Origin: a virus
Virus record (IMG/VR): IMGVR_UViG_3300008952_000005
Coordinates: 113,461 to 177,460 of that record
DNA length: 64,000 bases
Direction: 5' to 3' (one strand)
The position numbers and the translations under genes were made by a program. A model generated the notes under the pieces. It worked only from the letters and a program-made list of their open reading frames with translations. It was not told where the DNA came from and searched no databases. Of the stretch, positions 35,390 through 43,848 are shown one piece after another. How positions within the stretch are numbered: the stretch's first letter is position 1; every line of letters begins with the position of its first letter.

Positions 35390-36802
35390 TTATTTTTTAT
35401 TTTCTCCTTTCTTATCATCTAAACTATATTTTGTCGTAATTATATATTTTCTATTAGGGTTAACCATAACATTAAATCTATTCATAGTTTCCCTATCAAA
35501 TAATATTTTAGATTTTTCATCCCTATCATCTAGGGTAAATTCTACTTCTTTGTAATATCCACCTGCAAATTTTACATCAAGTTTAATTACTATTCTTTCT
35601 TCTTTATAATCTCTTAATCCACCTACTTCAATTGTTTGCTTACGTACTATATCGTTTGATAGTGTCTTACCTTCTAACGACCAAGTAACTTTACCACCTG
35701 ATTTTTTTATTTTATCAGCGTGTATAACAGACGTACCTGAATTACCTGTATCAAATTTACCTACTATACGTCCAAATGGATGTATGTAGACAACTTCTTT
35801 ATACCCACACATAGTTGGAACTTTTTTCCAATGTTCTCTATTTTCAAAGTGTTGTATAATTTCTTTACTTAAATTTCTATTTGTTGCTTCTTCTATACCT
35901 TCTGTACCTGGTGAAGAGTTAACTTCAATAACAAATGGTTCTTCGTTTACTCTATCTGCTGACGGTATAAAATCTACTGCAACCCATTGACCATCTACTG
36001 CCTTAGCAGCTTTTAAACTTTCTTCTGTTTCTAATTTTGTTAATTTTAATTCTTCTACTTCTGCACCTCTTGATACATTACTTCTAAAATCTCCTGGCAC
36101 TACGTGTCTTTTCATAGCAGCAAATACTTTACCTTGTAATACTAAAACTCTAGCATCCCATTTAGTTTTTATATATTGCTGTAATAATATATCAGAATCC
36201 TCATCTTGTTTATTAAGTAATTGTACTATTGAATCTAATGATTTTTCTGATTCAATAAACAAGACACCAACACCTTTTGAACCTCTTAATGTCTTTAAGA
36301 TAACAGGAAACTTTTCTTCTAAACTATTAAAAGATTCCATTGAATTTTCTGGATCAGTTACCAATACTGATTTAGGTTGTCTAATACCATAGTCTGCTAA
36401 TCTTAATGAAGTTCTATATTTGTCGGCACACATACTAACACATTCTCTACTATTAACTACACACACTTGGTGTTTTTCTAATCTTGATACCAAGTCCATC
36501 CAACTATCTCTACGTACTACTGAACCTCTTATAACAGCAACTGTATCTCTTGCCGATACTCTAAATCCTTTGTTGTCATCTTGATTATGGAAATACATTT
36601 CTCCATCATCTTCAACAGTTACATACCCACCAGTATTTCTATAGATGTATGACTTATGACCAAGCTTATCTGCTTGTTTCATTAAGTTCTTTGCTGTATG
36701 GAAATTTAAATCATTTTCAGGTTCATCTGATATAATGATTAATCTATATGATCCAGAAGTTTTTGCTTCTGTTATGTAATCTTTGAATTTTGGTATCTGC
36801 AT
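35390..36802 (-). CDS. rimK: RimK-like ATP-grasp ligase fused to a RimK-associated aspartic protease domain
   Basis: DKYRT...P.ILK...GSKGVGV, LLQQYI, FRSNVSRGA, VIEVNSSPG; C-terminal GKFDTGNS...FTLDDR...LFDR. Confidence 0.85.
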   Translation of the reverse strand: MQIPKFKDYITEAKTSGSYRLIIISDEPENDLNFHTAKNLMKQADKLGHKSYIYRNTGGYVTVEDDGEMYFHNQDDNKGFRVSARDTVAVIRGSVVRRDSWMDLVSRLEKHQVCVVNSRECVSMCADKYRTSLRLADYGIRQPKSVLVTDPENSMESFNSLEEKFPVILKTLRGSKGVGVLFIESEKSLDSIVQLLNKQDEDSDILLQQYIKTKWDARVLVLQGKVFAAMKRHVVPGDFRSNVSRGAEVEELKLTKLETEESLKAAKAVDGQWVAVDFIPSADRVNEEPFVIEVNSSPGTEGIEEATNRNLSKEIIQHFENREHWKKVPTMCGYKEVVYIHPFGRIVGKFDTGNSGTSVIHADKIKKSGGKVTWSLEGKTLSNDIVRKQTIEVGGLRDYKEERIVIKLDVKFAGGYYKEVEFTLDDRDEKSKILFDRETMNRFNVMVNPNRKYIITTKYSLDDKKGENKK

Positions 36803-37270
36803 TTATTCATCACTCATTGGACTCGTAGTTGATGTTGTTTTTAATTCTTTTTTCTTGTCGTCCACTTTCTTCCCAATGTTGTACTTAGCAGATAACGTCC
36901 ACTCTTTCTTTTCTTTAAATGGTAATACTTTTATCTGACTCAATGGTGCTTTATCTTCTGTTATATCCTTTTTAACTATATCAATTAAGTTCCAATCTTG
37001 TAATAATAAAGATATGGTATTTCTTCTTTGAATATCGTTTTGAGTTAATGTAGATTTTTTACCATCTAATGCAAATAATTCCTTGAAATGGACTATATAA
37101 TATTTGCCTTGCTTGTGTAATATATGACAAGATTGATATAATGTTTTATCTTTACGACTCGCCACACCTATTCTTGTTAACGTTTCCCTGACTTTTAAAA
37201 AATCATCAGGTTGTTTAATGGTCACCTCAAGCATATCGCCTTGTGACCAACTAATAATATCCTCACTCAT
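36803..37270 (-). CDS. regA: Translational repressor RegA
   Basis: DDFLKVRETLTRIGVASRKDKTLYQSCHILHKQGKYYIVHFKELFALDG. Confidence 0.96.
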   Translation of the reverse strand: MSEDIISWSQGDMLEVTIKQPDDFLKVRETLTRIGVASRKDKTLYQSCHILHKQGKYYIVHFKELFALDGKKSTLTQNDIQRRNTISLLLQDWNLIDIVKKDITEDKAPLSQIKVLPFKEKKEWTLSAKYNIGKKVDDKKKELKTTSTTSPMSDE

Positions 37271-37662
37271 TTAAACTTTCTCCCACCTTGTATAAGGTTT
37301 AATTTAAGTCTTTCAATTTGGTCATCTGTAAGTATGTTGAGTACTTCCTTTGCTTTTATATTGCTATATCCATAATACTTTTTTACAACGTCTAGGTTCT
37401 TCAACTTGGTTTTTGATAACCACCTACCTCCAAATCGCCTTTTCTTTCGTATACTATTTATGAAATAATGAAATTGCATACGTTTAGGAAGAAAATGATA
37501 ACCGTTCATTTCATTACTATGCATTACGGTATCATAGAACATAGATAGACAACGGTTAATTACAAAGGGTGGGTATTTCTTTTCCCAAGTCGGGTCTGGT
37601 GTGTCTAATAAATTCTCTTTTGATTCATTAATTGCTTTAAGATAATCAGAAAGTTCGTACAT
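37267..37662 (-). CDS. gp62: Clamp loader small subunit
   Basis: YPPFVINRCLS...EMN...QFHYFINSIRKKRRF...YYGYS..KA. Confidence 0.92.
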   Translation of the reverse strand: MYELSDYLKAINESKENLLDTPDPTWEKKYPPFVINRCLSMFYDTVMHSNEMNGYHFLPKRMQFHYFINSIRKKRRFGGRWLSKTKLKNLDVVKKYYGYSNIKAKEVLNILTDDQIERLKLNLIQGGRKFK

Positions 37663-37847
37663 TATTTAAACCAATGCATATACGCTAGATATGGTACTAA
37701 TATTGGATAGACCACGTGTTCAACAATTTCATATAAAACAAGTACAGTTAATGCTATTGCCCACCACTTACTTGTTTTTGCTTTTTTAGAAACATAGCCA
37801 AATACTTTACTATGCCATTTACCTATCTTCTGTACTATTGCGTTCAT
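37662..37847 (-). CDS. Small membrane protein
   Basis: Hydrophobic WWAIALTVLVLYEIVEHVVYPILVPY. Confidence 0.55.
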   Translation of the reverse strand: MNAIVQKIGKWHSKVFGYVSKKAKTSKWWAIALTVLVLYEIVEHVVYPILVPYLAYMHWFK

Positions 37848-37856
37848 TAATATCCT

Positions 37857-38798
37857 TTATTTAAACTTACAATTTGCCATTACTTCTGTTAAACAAGCAA
37901 CCATATTAATCTCTTGGTCTGCTACCCAAACAGACTTATATTGATATCCTGCAATAACTAAAACTGCCTGTGGAATAGATTGTGGTTGTAAATGTTTGTA
38001 TAGTATTTCATATACGTTTGAAAACAATGATGATGGTTCTTTATCTAGGTTTTGAATAACCCATTTTCTCATATCATTAAATCTTTTTTCTTTTAAAATT
38101 GCTACAAGTTTTTTCGTATCTGCTTCAGTTAAACTAAACAATACGCCACTATCAATTTTACCTCTTACTGAATATCGTTGAAGTTCATTAATAGTTCTTC
38201 TGAAATCTGGAAAGTATTTTTCTATTAATTCTGAAAGGACTTTTTTATCAAACTCTATCTTTTCTTCTGTTAAAATACTACACAACCTATTCATAAATTG
38301 TGTCGCTACCTTAACTTTATCACCAGTAATAGCAAAATCAATAACAGTACATCTACTTTGCAATGCTTTTAATATCTTATTCTTATAATTACAAGTAAAG
38401 ATAAATCTACAATTCTTATAAAATGTTTCTATGAAATTTCTTAATGCAGGTTGAACGGACTCTGGATTCATATAGTCCGCCTCATCAAGTATAACAACTT
38501 TATGACTTGCTGTTTCAGTTAAAGATACAGTTGACGCAAAGTTTTTAATCTTATGTCTTAACGTATCTATTTGTCTACCTTCGTCTGATCCATTAATGAT
38601 AATGTAATCAACACCTAACTCTTCACATAAAGCACGTGCTACAGTAGTCTTACCTGTACCTGCTGTACCTGATAGTAATAGGTTTGGGAGTTCTTTTTGA
38701 TTTACAAACTGTTTAAAAGTTTCTTTTAGTTCATTGGTTAAAATACAATCTTCAATTTTTCTTGGTCTGTACTTCTCAACCCATAAATTTTCTGCCAT
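37857..38798 (-). CDS. gp44: Clamp loader large subunit
   Basis: LWVEKYRP, SGTAGTGKTT, ILDEADY, SRC, DFRR. Confidence 0.97.
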   Translation of the reverse strand: MAENLWVEKYRPRKIEDCILTNELKETFKQFVNQKELPNLLLSGTAGTGKTTVARALCEELGVDYIIINGSDEGRQIDTLRHKIKNFASTVSLTETASHKVVILDEADYMNPESVQPALRNFIETFYKNCRFIFTCNYKNKILKALQSRCTVIDFAITGDKVKVATQFMNRLCSILTEEKIEFDKKVLSELIEKYFPDFRRTINELQRYSVRGKIDSGVLFSLTEADTKKLVAILKEKRFNDMRKWVIQNLDKEPSSLFSNVYEILYKHLQPQSIPQAVLVIAGYQYKSVWVADQEINMVACLTEVMANCKFK

Positions 38799-38811
38799 AA
38801 TATATTCACTT

Positions 38812-38931
38812 TCATATAATCAACCCTATCAATACTCCTATTATAATACCTTCCAACCAAAATGCCCACCTGTGTGAACCTCTTGCTGTATGTTTACAAA
38901 TAAAAGTACACGTCCAATCTTTTACTGACAT
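38812..38931 (-). CDS. Small peptide (39 aa), not in ORF track
   Basis: MSVKDWTCTFICKHTARGSHRWAFWLEGIIIGVLIGLII. Confidence 0.5.
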   Translation of the reverse strand: MSVKDWTCTFICKHTARGSHRWAFWLEGIIIGVLIGLII

Positions 38932-38933
38932 AA

Positions 38934-39599
38934 TTAAAACTCACTATCTGGTTCTAATGCTATCCAATATTGTACTGGTTTATTTCTATTAACAAAATGA
39001 CTTATTCTTTGTTTAGAAATTGCAATATCATAATCATCTGGTATGATTTTTAAATTTTCTGCTTTGAAATATGCTACAAAAGTTTTATCAGTTGTACCTA
39101 CTACAGCAGAATAATCGTTAGATGATTTATTCTTTTTATCAGTTGCAATCATTGTAATATTTTTACCATCACCTTTTACTGCAATGTCTGGTAAGTTCAA
39201 TGTAACTATACCTTTTAATAAGTCATTAAAACATTTACCCTTTAATGTAAAAGTTACATACTTATCAGGCATATTAATTGATTTAGTTGGTGCTACAATT
39301 ACTGATTTATCTGCAAAGAAATACTTAACAGATTGTCTTGAATTGGCGTCTGATATAACCAATTTGTTAGTACCATTAAATTTGATATCTGATTTAGAAA
39401 ATAATTCAACTGCTCTTAAAAATTCTGGTAAATCGTATATCGCAAATTCTTGCTCAAATTTATTATCTATGTCTGCTTCAGCAAGAATATTCTTTAAAGT
39501 AGAAATAGTTTGTAGTTGCTTTCCTGGTTTAACTAAAATGTTTTTATTAATTTCAGAAAAATTTTTTAAAATTGCAACTGTACTGTTTGATAGATTCAT
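38934..39599 (-). CDS. gp45: Sliding clamp
   Basis: LKNFSEINKNIL, FAIYDLPEFL, Y.IALEPDS C-terminus. Confidence 0.95.
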   Translation of the reverse strand: MNLSNSTVAILKNFSEINKNILVKPGKQLQTISTLKNILAEADIDNKFEQEFAIYDLPEFLRAVELFSKSDIKFNGTNKLVISDANSRQSVKYFFADKSVIVAPTKSINMPDKYVTFTLKGKCFNDLLKGIVTLNLPDIAVKGDGKNITMIATDKKNKSSNDYSAVVGTTDKTFVAYFKAENLKIIPDDYDIAISKQRISHFVNRNKPVQYWIALEPDSEF

Positions 39600-39629
39600 A
39601 TCAACTCCTTCATAATTTAATCATACTGT

Positions 39630-39658
39630 AATATATCACCAACCTCACATAAAGTCAA
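39630..39658 (-). promoter_or_regulatory. Sigma70-like promoter for gp45
   Basis: AACCAACA-TTGACT-17-TATATT. Confidence 0.8.
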
Positions 39659-39665
39659 TGTTGGT

Positions 39666-40052
39666 TTACTGAACAGGACAATTTGGATTTTCTGTTAAGT
39701 CTACAATAGTAGCATTTGCTGTAACCAATTGGTCTGCTAATTGAGTTGCTACTGCTTCTGCTGTAGATAATTCAGCTTGAAATACCGACAATTCATTATT
39801 GGTACTTTGTAATACATCACGAATTGAAGCTATTTCCAATTCATATGCTTGTATTGTACCTTCTAATCTTGCAATACTATCCAAATATTCTGATTCTACG
39901 GCAGAAATACCTACTTCAGCATTTTCTAGTTCTGCTTGTAATCCATTAATATCATTTTTTTGGTCTATAGTAACTATCAACAATGCAAGTACAACAACAA
40001 ATATTGCTATCCCTACACCTGATATCTTCTTTTTTATATCTTTAAGTTTCAT
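39666..40052 (-). CDS. Membrane-anchored coiled-coil protein
   Basis: N-terminal TM then heptads. Confidence 0.6.
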   Translation of the reverse strand: MKLKDIKKKISGVGIAIFVVVLALLIVTIDQKNDINGLQAELENAEVGISAVESEYLDSIARLEGTIQAYELEIASIRDVLQSTNNELSVFQAELSTAEAVATQLADQLVTANATIVDLTENPNCPVQ

Positions 40053-40255
40053 TTATTTTCCTTCTTATCAATTAATTCGCAAGTAATCTCATCTGCTTGT
40101 AACCCAGCATTGCTATCAAATATCCATACGTAAGAATAGTGAACCTGGTCACCTTTTGCTACGCACTTTTTACCGAATGCTATACTTGGATTTTTTATGC
40201 TTGAACAAGCGCTTAAGAGAATCAAACTCATTAAAATCACTAATATTTTATTCAT
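40049..40255 (-). CDS. Small lipoprotein
   Basis: MNKILVILMSLILLSAC lipobox; two further Cys. Confidence 0.6.
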   Translation of the reverse strand: MNKILVILMSLILLSACSSIKNPSIAFGKKCVAKGDQVHYSYVWIFDSNAGLQADEITCELIDKKENK

Positions 40256-40273
40256 AATTTCCTCATTTAGTTT

Positions 40274-40302
40274 ATTATATAACAATAGTATTTATAAGTC
40301 AA
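40274..40302 (-). promoter_or_regulatory. Composite promoter: sigma70-like with a nested late promoter
   Basis: AACCAACA-TTGACT-17-TATAAT, with TATAAATA (40289-40296) in the spacer. Confidence 0.7.
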
Positions 40303-40315
40303 TGTTGGTTCGGCC

Positions 40316-40350
40316 CAAAAAAAATAGCGGCGGTTTTACCCGCCACTATC
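40316..40350 (-). terminator. Rho-independent terminator after hsp20
   Basis: GGCGG-GTAAAA-CCGCC followed by a T-run on the minus strand. Confidence 0.85.
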
Positions 40351-40362
40351 TATATTACGTTA

Positions 40363-40812
40363 TTATTTAACGTCTATTGTTTTTAGTTTCTTTTCTTCTG
40401 GAATAATCTTCTCCATAGAAACTTTTAACAGTCCATCTTTCAGTTCAGCACCTTTGACTTTTACGTCATTAGCGATTGTGAAAGACCTTTTAAAGTATCT
40501 TTTAGAGATACCTTTATGTATTACTTCACCGTCTTCATCCTTGTCGGAAGCTTTATCTTCCTTCTTGGTTTCAATAGTTAGCATACCGTTTTCAACATTG
40601 ACAGTAATGTCTTTCTTGTTGAATCCAGCTAATGCAACTTCAATATCGTAAGTATTCTTACCTGACTTAACTATATTGTATGGTGGGTAACTAGGTTGTA
40701 TATCGTTAATGAAATCGTCATCAAACATTGAACCGAAATGGTCAAAGATTGAATCAAATCCAACCGATACTGGTCTTAACCTGTTAAAAATAGATAATGC
40801 TTTATTGGTCAT
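40363..40812 (-). CDS. hsp20: Small heat-shock protein Hsp20 (IbpA-like)
   Basis: SYPPYNI, IEVALAGF, HKGISKR.FKRSF, V.GAEL.DGLL. Confidence 0.96.
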   Translation of the reverse strand: MTNKALSIFNRLRPVSVGFDSIFDHFGSMFDDDFINDIQPSYPPYNIVKSGKNTYDIEVALAGFNKKDITVNVENGMLTIETKKEDKASDKDEDGEVIHKGISKRYFKRSFTIANDVKVKGAELKDGLLKVSMEKIIPEEKKLKTIDVK

Positions 40813-40816
40813 AAAA

Positions 40817-40868
40817 ACCTCCTTTTATTAAGCAAAGTTATCGTTTATGAGTCCCTTAATGGCAACTC
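40817..40868 (-). promoter_or_regulatory. ROSE-like RNA thermometer in the hsp20 5' UTR
   Basis: ACUUUGCU-UAAUAAA-AGGAGGU hairpin (UUGCU motif pairing the SD, with bulged G) preceded by hairpin GAGUUGCC-AUUAA-GGGACUC. Confidence 0.65.
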
Positions 40869-40904
40869 ACTACTACTTATATATGTAGTTTCCTACAATA
40901 TACA

Positions 40905-41146
40905 AGTAGCGCCGATGGATTTATTTTTAATAGTATGAATCCACCAAAATATCTATCGTAGTGTCCGCTATTGGTATTGAAACCTTTGGACCTTCTATGG
41001 GTTTTAGAGTCTCCCCAAACTCCCACAAAACTCGTAATTCATTGAGGTTTTGTTATAGTAGACCTCAAACTACTACCAACTTTCAGATATTAAATCTGCA
41101 GGTGTTGGCACCCTTCCACGCCCCAGGACTTATGAACTGCCTGGTA
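40905..41146 (-). ncRNA. Structured non-coding RNA of about 240 nt with an H-type pseudoknot
   Basis: Stems CCAGG/CCUGG, CAGAU/AUCUG, UAGUAG/CUACUA with loop UUGAGGU pairing ACCUCAA, GAGU/ACUC, GUUGGUA/UACCAAU, UUGGUGGAUU/AAUCCAUCGG, UAGCG/CGCUA; TAAATA element upstream. Confidence 0.65.
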
Positions 41147-41178
41147 TAATATATTTATTCAAGCACAGGCGTGTAATT

Positions 41179-41382
41179 CTATAATCTTGCTTCTCTTAAT
41201 TTCTGCCTCTTTTTGGCGTTCTTGATACCCTCTTTTTTCTTTTCTCTTTTAATTTCAGATGGTTTTCTATAGTATTGTTTTAATTTATACTCTTTTAATA
41301 AACCTGCTTTAAGTACTTTTTTCTTAAGCACTCTCATTGCTTTCTCTACATTACCGTGTCTTACTTCTACTGTTATACTCAT
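41179..41382 (-). CDS. rpsU: Ribosomal protein bS21
   Basis: VEVRHGNVEKAMRVLKKKV...GLLKE.K.KQYYRKPSE.KR. Confidence 0.9.
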   Translation of the reverse strand: MSITVEVRHGNVEKAMRVLKKKVLKAGLLKEYKLKQYYRKPSEIKREKKKEGIKNAKKRQKLREARL

Positions 41383-41570
41383 AATTTATCACTCTTTTCC
41401 TTTAACAAATCCTTAATTGGATCTGATAAATTTTCTACTTTAATTCTTTCACCTACTGCAACATCTTTCGCTGTTTTTAATTTCATCATTATTTGGTCTT
41501 CAGGTGTAGTAAAATTACTAATCTTATTCTTCTCTAATATCTTCAAAACTTCTTTTTTAGTATGTGCCAT
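41379..41570 (-). CDS. Hypothetical protein
   Basis: Coupled ORF. Confidence 0.5.
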   Translation of the reverse strand: MAHTKKEVLKILEKNKISNFTTPEDQIMMKLKTAKDVAVGERIKVENLSDPIKDLLKEKSDKL

Positions 41571-41728
41571 TAAAGTATCTTTAATAAAATTATTGTTTGC
41601 ATAACTAACAAAATAATTGGAAGTATAGTTCTAATTAATTCCATTGTATGGTTATGTTTATCTAAAAATCTTTCTAACTTATTTCTCTTCTCTTCTCTCT
41701 TCTTATATTCACTATAAAAATCGTTCAT
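41570..41728 (-). CDS. Small protein with C-terminal TM (52 aa), not in ORF track
   Basis: MNDFYSEYKKREEKRNKLERFLDKHNHTMELIRTILPIILLVMQTIILLKIL. Confidence 0.55.
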   Translation of the reverse strand: MNDFYSEYKKREEKRNKLERFLDKHNHTMELIRTILPIILLVMQTIILLKIL

Positions 41729-42436
41729 TTAACTTGCCTCCTTTTTATAAAATCCGTTTTTATTTTTTCCATAAGCAGTAACACAATTTCTTATTCCTAA
41801 ATCGTGTAATACATATTGAATTTCTTTTAACTTTTTAATTTCTTCTTCGTTTAATGTTGCAATTTCATTTATTAATAATCTAGGATTAAGATAACCTTCC
41901 GAATTTCTGATATAAGTACTATCAAAATAAGGTTTAAAATTATCAATAGTATCTTTTGGTAATGGAATAGTAAATCTTTTAGATTTTGGATTGTTTGGTT
42001 CCTCTTTTGTTTTTAATTTATTACGATACATTGTCATATCATCTATCATCATAATCCATAATTTATACATATGTTTGTGATATACAGGTTCTCCGTTATC
42101 ATTATAAAATGGAGCAGTTATAAAAATATATTCATCAGGAAGTTTTTTTGCATAAAATTTTGCCCAATATTGTTTCCAATTTAATGAAATAGCTCCGTCG
42201 GAATTGGTGTGCCAAAGCGTTTGTAATTTCATATCAACTGTAATTATTTTATTATCTAATTTATATGTCATATCAATTGAAGCAAACCAATTTTTTAATA
42301 CATTATATATTCTATCATTGTATATTCTTTCTAATACTTTTTTACCAACATCTTCTCCATAATGTCCCATAATGGCTTTTGCCTTTTCGTCAATTGGTTT
42401 ATCCCAATTTTTAATTGCTTCTAAACTTCTATTCAT
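41729..42436 (-). CDS. Hypothetical protein
   Basis: Likely start MNRSLEAI (the ORF-track start lies inside a hairpin). Confidence 0.55.
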   Translation of the reverse strand: MNRSLEAIKNWDKPIDEKAKAIMGHYGEDVGKKVLERIYNDRIYNVLKNWFASIDMTYKLDNKIITVDMKLQTLWHTNSDGAISLNWKQYWAKFYAKKLPDEYIFITAPFYNDNGEPVYHKHMYKLWIMMIDDMTMYRNKLKTKEEPNNPKSKRFTIPLPKDTIDNFKPYFDSTYIRNSEGYLNPRLLINEIATLNEEEIKKLKEIQYVLHDLGIRNCVTAYGKNKNGFYKKEAS

Positions 42437-42463
42437 AATCAAATTCTTTCTAGTGTAGTTAGT

Positions 42464-42489
42464 GAAGCGGAGCACTACCTCCGCTTCAG
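42464..42489 (-). terminator. Strong hairpin after the CobS-like gene
   Basis: TGAAGCGGAG-GTAGTG-CTCCGCTTCA, 10-bp perfect stem, no U tract. Confidence 0.55.
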
Positions 42490-42514
42490 GACTTTACACT
42501 ATGATTGAGAGTTT

Positions 42515-43765
42515 TTAAATATGAGCTGATGTATCATTGTCTGATTCAGCAGCGTCATCTTTTGAGTCACTCTCATCCTCTTTCACTTGGTCAGCTACTT
42601 CTTGTTTTCTTTGGTCTTCAGCAATTGTTTCTGCTGTAGCACCTCCGTCAACTTTAGAATATAACTCTACAAATGAATTCTTTGTATCTTCATCAAATCT
42701 ATTAGTACATACTTCAATTGATTTTACTTTATCTTTAAAGATAGTAAATGCTTGAACTATGTGGACTAATCTTCTTGTTGAGATAATCTCATCTACGCCT
42801 CCGTCAAAGAAAGTTTTTCTTATAACGTCTGCCCAAGTGACTAACTTTTTACAGAAGTCTTTATCTTTTTTTCCACTTCTTTCAAGAGTTTTAATTAAGA
42901 TTTTTTCTTCAATCTTAACACTTGGATATTTCTGTTCAAATGTAATCGGAAATCTTTCTAAAAATGCTTCGTTAAGCACGTTAGTTCCGATAAATTTTCC
43001 GTCTTCACTACCTTGTCCTTTAGTATTAGCAGTAGCAATCACGTTGAATCCGTCGGCAGGTTTCACGAATTTATTAATCTTCTTAACAAAGATTCCAGAA
43101 CCTTCAAGAATTGGTTGTAAACACATTATCTTATTACTTGCAAGGTCTATCTCATCAAGTAAAAGAATTGCGCCTCTTTCCATTGCTTCTATAACAGGTC
43201 CGTTTTGCCAAACAGTTTGACCTTCTCTTAATCTATAACCGCCGAGCAAGTCATCTTCGTCTGTTTCAATTGTTATATTGACTCTAATCATTTCTCGTCT
43301 GTTTTCGGCACAAGCTTGGGTAACTCCCATAGTCTTACCGTTTCCTGAAAGTCCTGTAATAAAAACAGGATAGAACATTCTGGATTTGACGATTGATTTT
43401 AAGTCAGGATAATTACCAAATGATACGAATACTGAATCTTTTTTAGGAACAATATCGCCTGTCAAAGAGGAAACAATATAAGCTGCTTCACTTACTTTAT
43501 TATCTTTAACGGTTTCAGTTTTAGAAACTTTTGTTTCTTCTGAAACTTTATCATCTATGTTTGGTAATTTAAATAAACCTCTATCTACACGATAAAGTTT
43601 ATTTTTTGTTAACCATTGTGGTTCGTACTTATGACCAAATTCTTTATTGGCTTGTACTAAATCAGCAAGTGTTAACTCAACTTTGTTTGGAAACAACTTC
43701 TTAGCGTGTTTAACAAAGTCTATTTGTTTCTGATTTAACATAGTGTTTTCACGTCCTTTCATCAT
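42515..43765 (-). CDS. cobS: CobS/MoxR-like AAA+ ATPase
   Basis: TGLSGNGKT, RVNITIETDEDDLLGG, LLLDEID, ATANTKG, NEAFLERF. Confidence 0.9.
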   Translation of the reverse strand: MMKGRENTMLNQKQIDFVKHAKKLFPNKVELTLADLVQANKEFGHKYEPQWLTKNKLYRVDRGLFKLPNIDDKVSEETKVSKTETVKDNKVSEAAYIVSSLTGDIVPKKDSVFVSFGNYPDLKSIVKSRMFYPVFITGLSGNGKTMGVTQACAENRREMIRVNITIETDEDDLLGGYRLREGQTVWQNGPVIEAMERGAILLLDEIDLASNKIMCLQPILEGSGIFVKKINKFVKPADGFNVIATANTKGQGSEDGKFIGTNVLNEAFLERFPITFEQKYPSVKIEEKILIKTLERSGKKDKDFCKKLVTWADVIRKTFFDGGVDEIISTRRLVHIVQAFTIFKDKVKSIEVCTNRFDEDTKNSFVELYSKVDGGATAETIAEDQRKQEVADQVKEDESDSKDDAAESDNDTSAHI

Positions 43766-43779
43766 TATATTATAAGTAT

Positions 43780-43808
43780 ATTATACAGGAATTTTTTAGA
43801 AAAGTCAA
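43780..43808 (-). promoter_or_regulatory. Sigma70-like early promoter
   Basis: TTGACT-17-TATAAT. Confidence 0.85.
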
Positions 43809-43848
43809 TATATAAAATACCCTTATTTTTCAATGTTTTTTTCATTGT

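Noticed and set aside
40905-41146. tRNA, tmRNA, SRP, RNase P, glycine or SAM-V riboswitch identity for the structured RNA
   Set aside because: No TTC(G/A)A T-loop or CCA end, no ALAA-type tag frame, no GAGGAAAGTCC, no CTCTCAGG, and no SAM-V core visible
40961-41149. 62-aa plus-strand ORF
   Set aside because: No SD or promoter, and it coincides with a heavily base-paired region better explained as an ncRNA
41145-41165. CTTGAA as a sigma32 -35 element
   Set aside because: No CCCCAT-like -10 at the correct spacing; TAAATA is the simpler explanation
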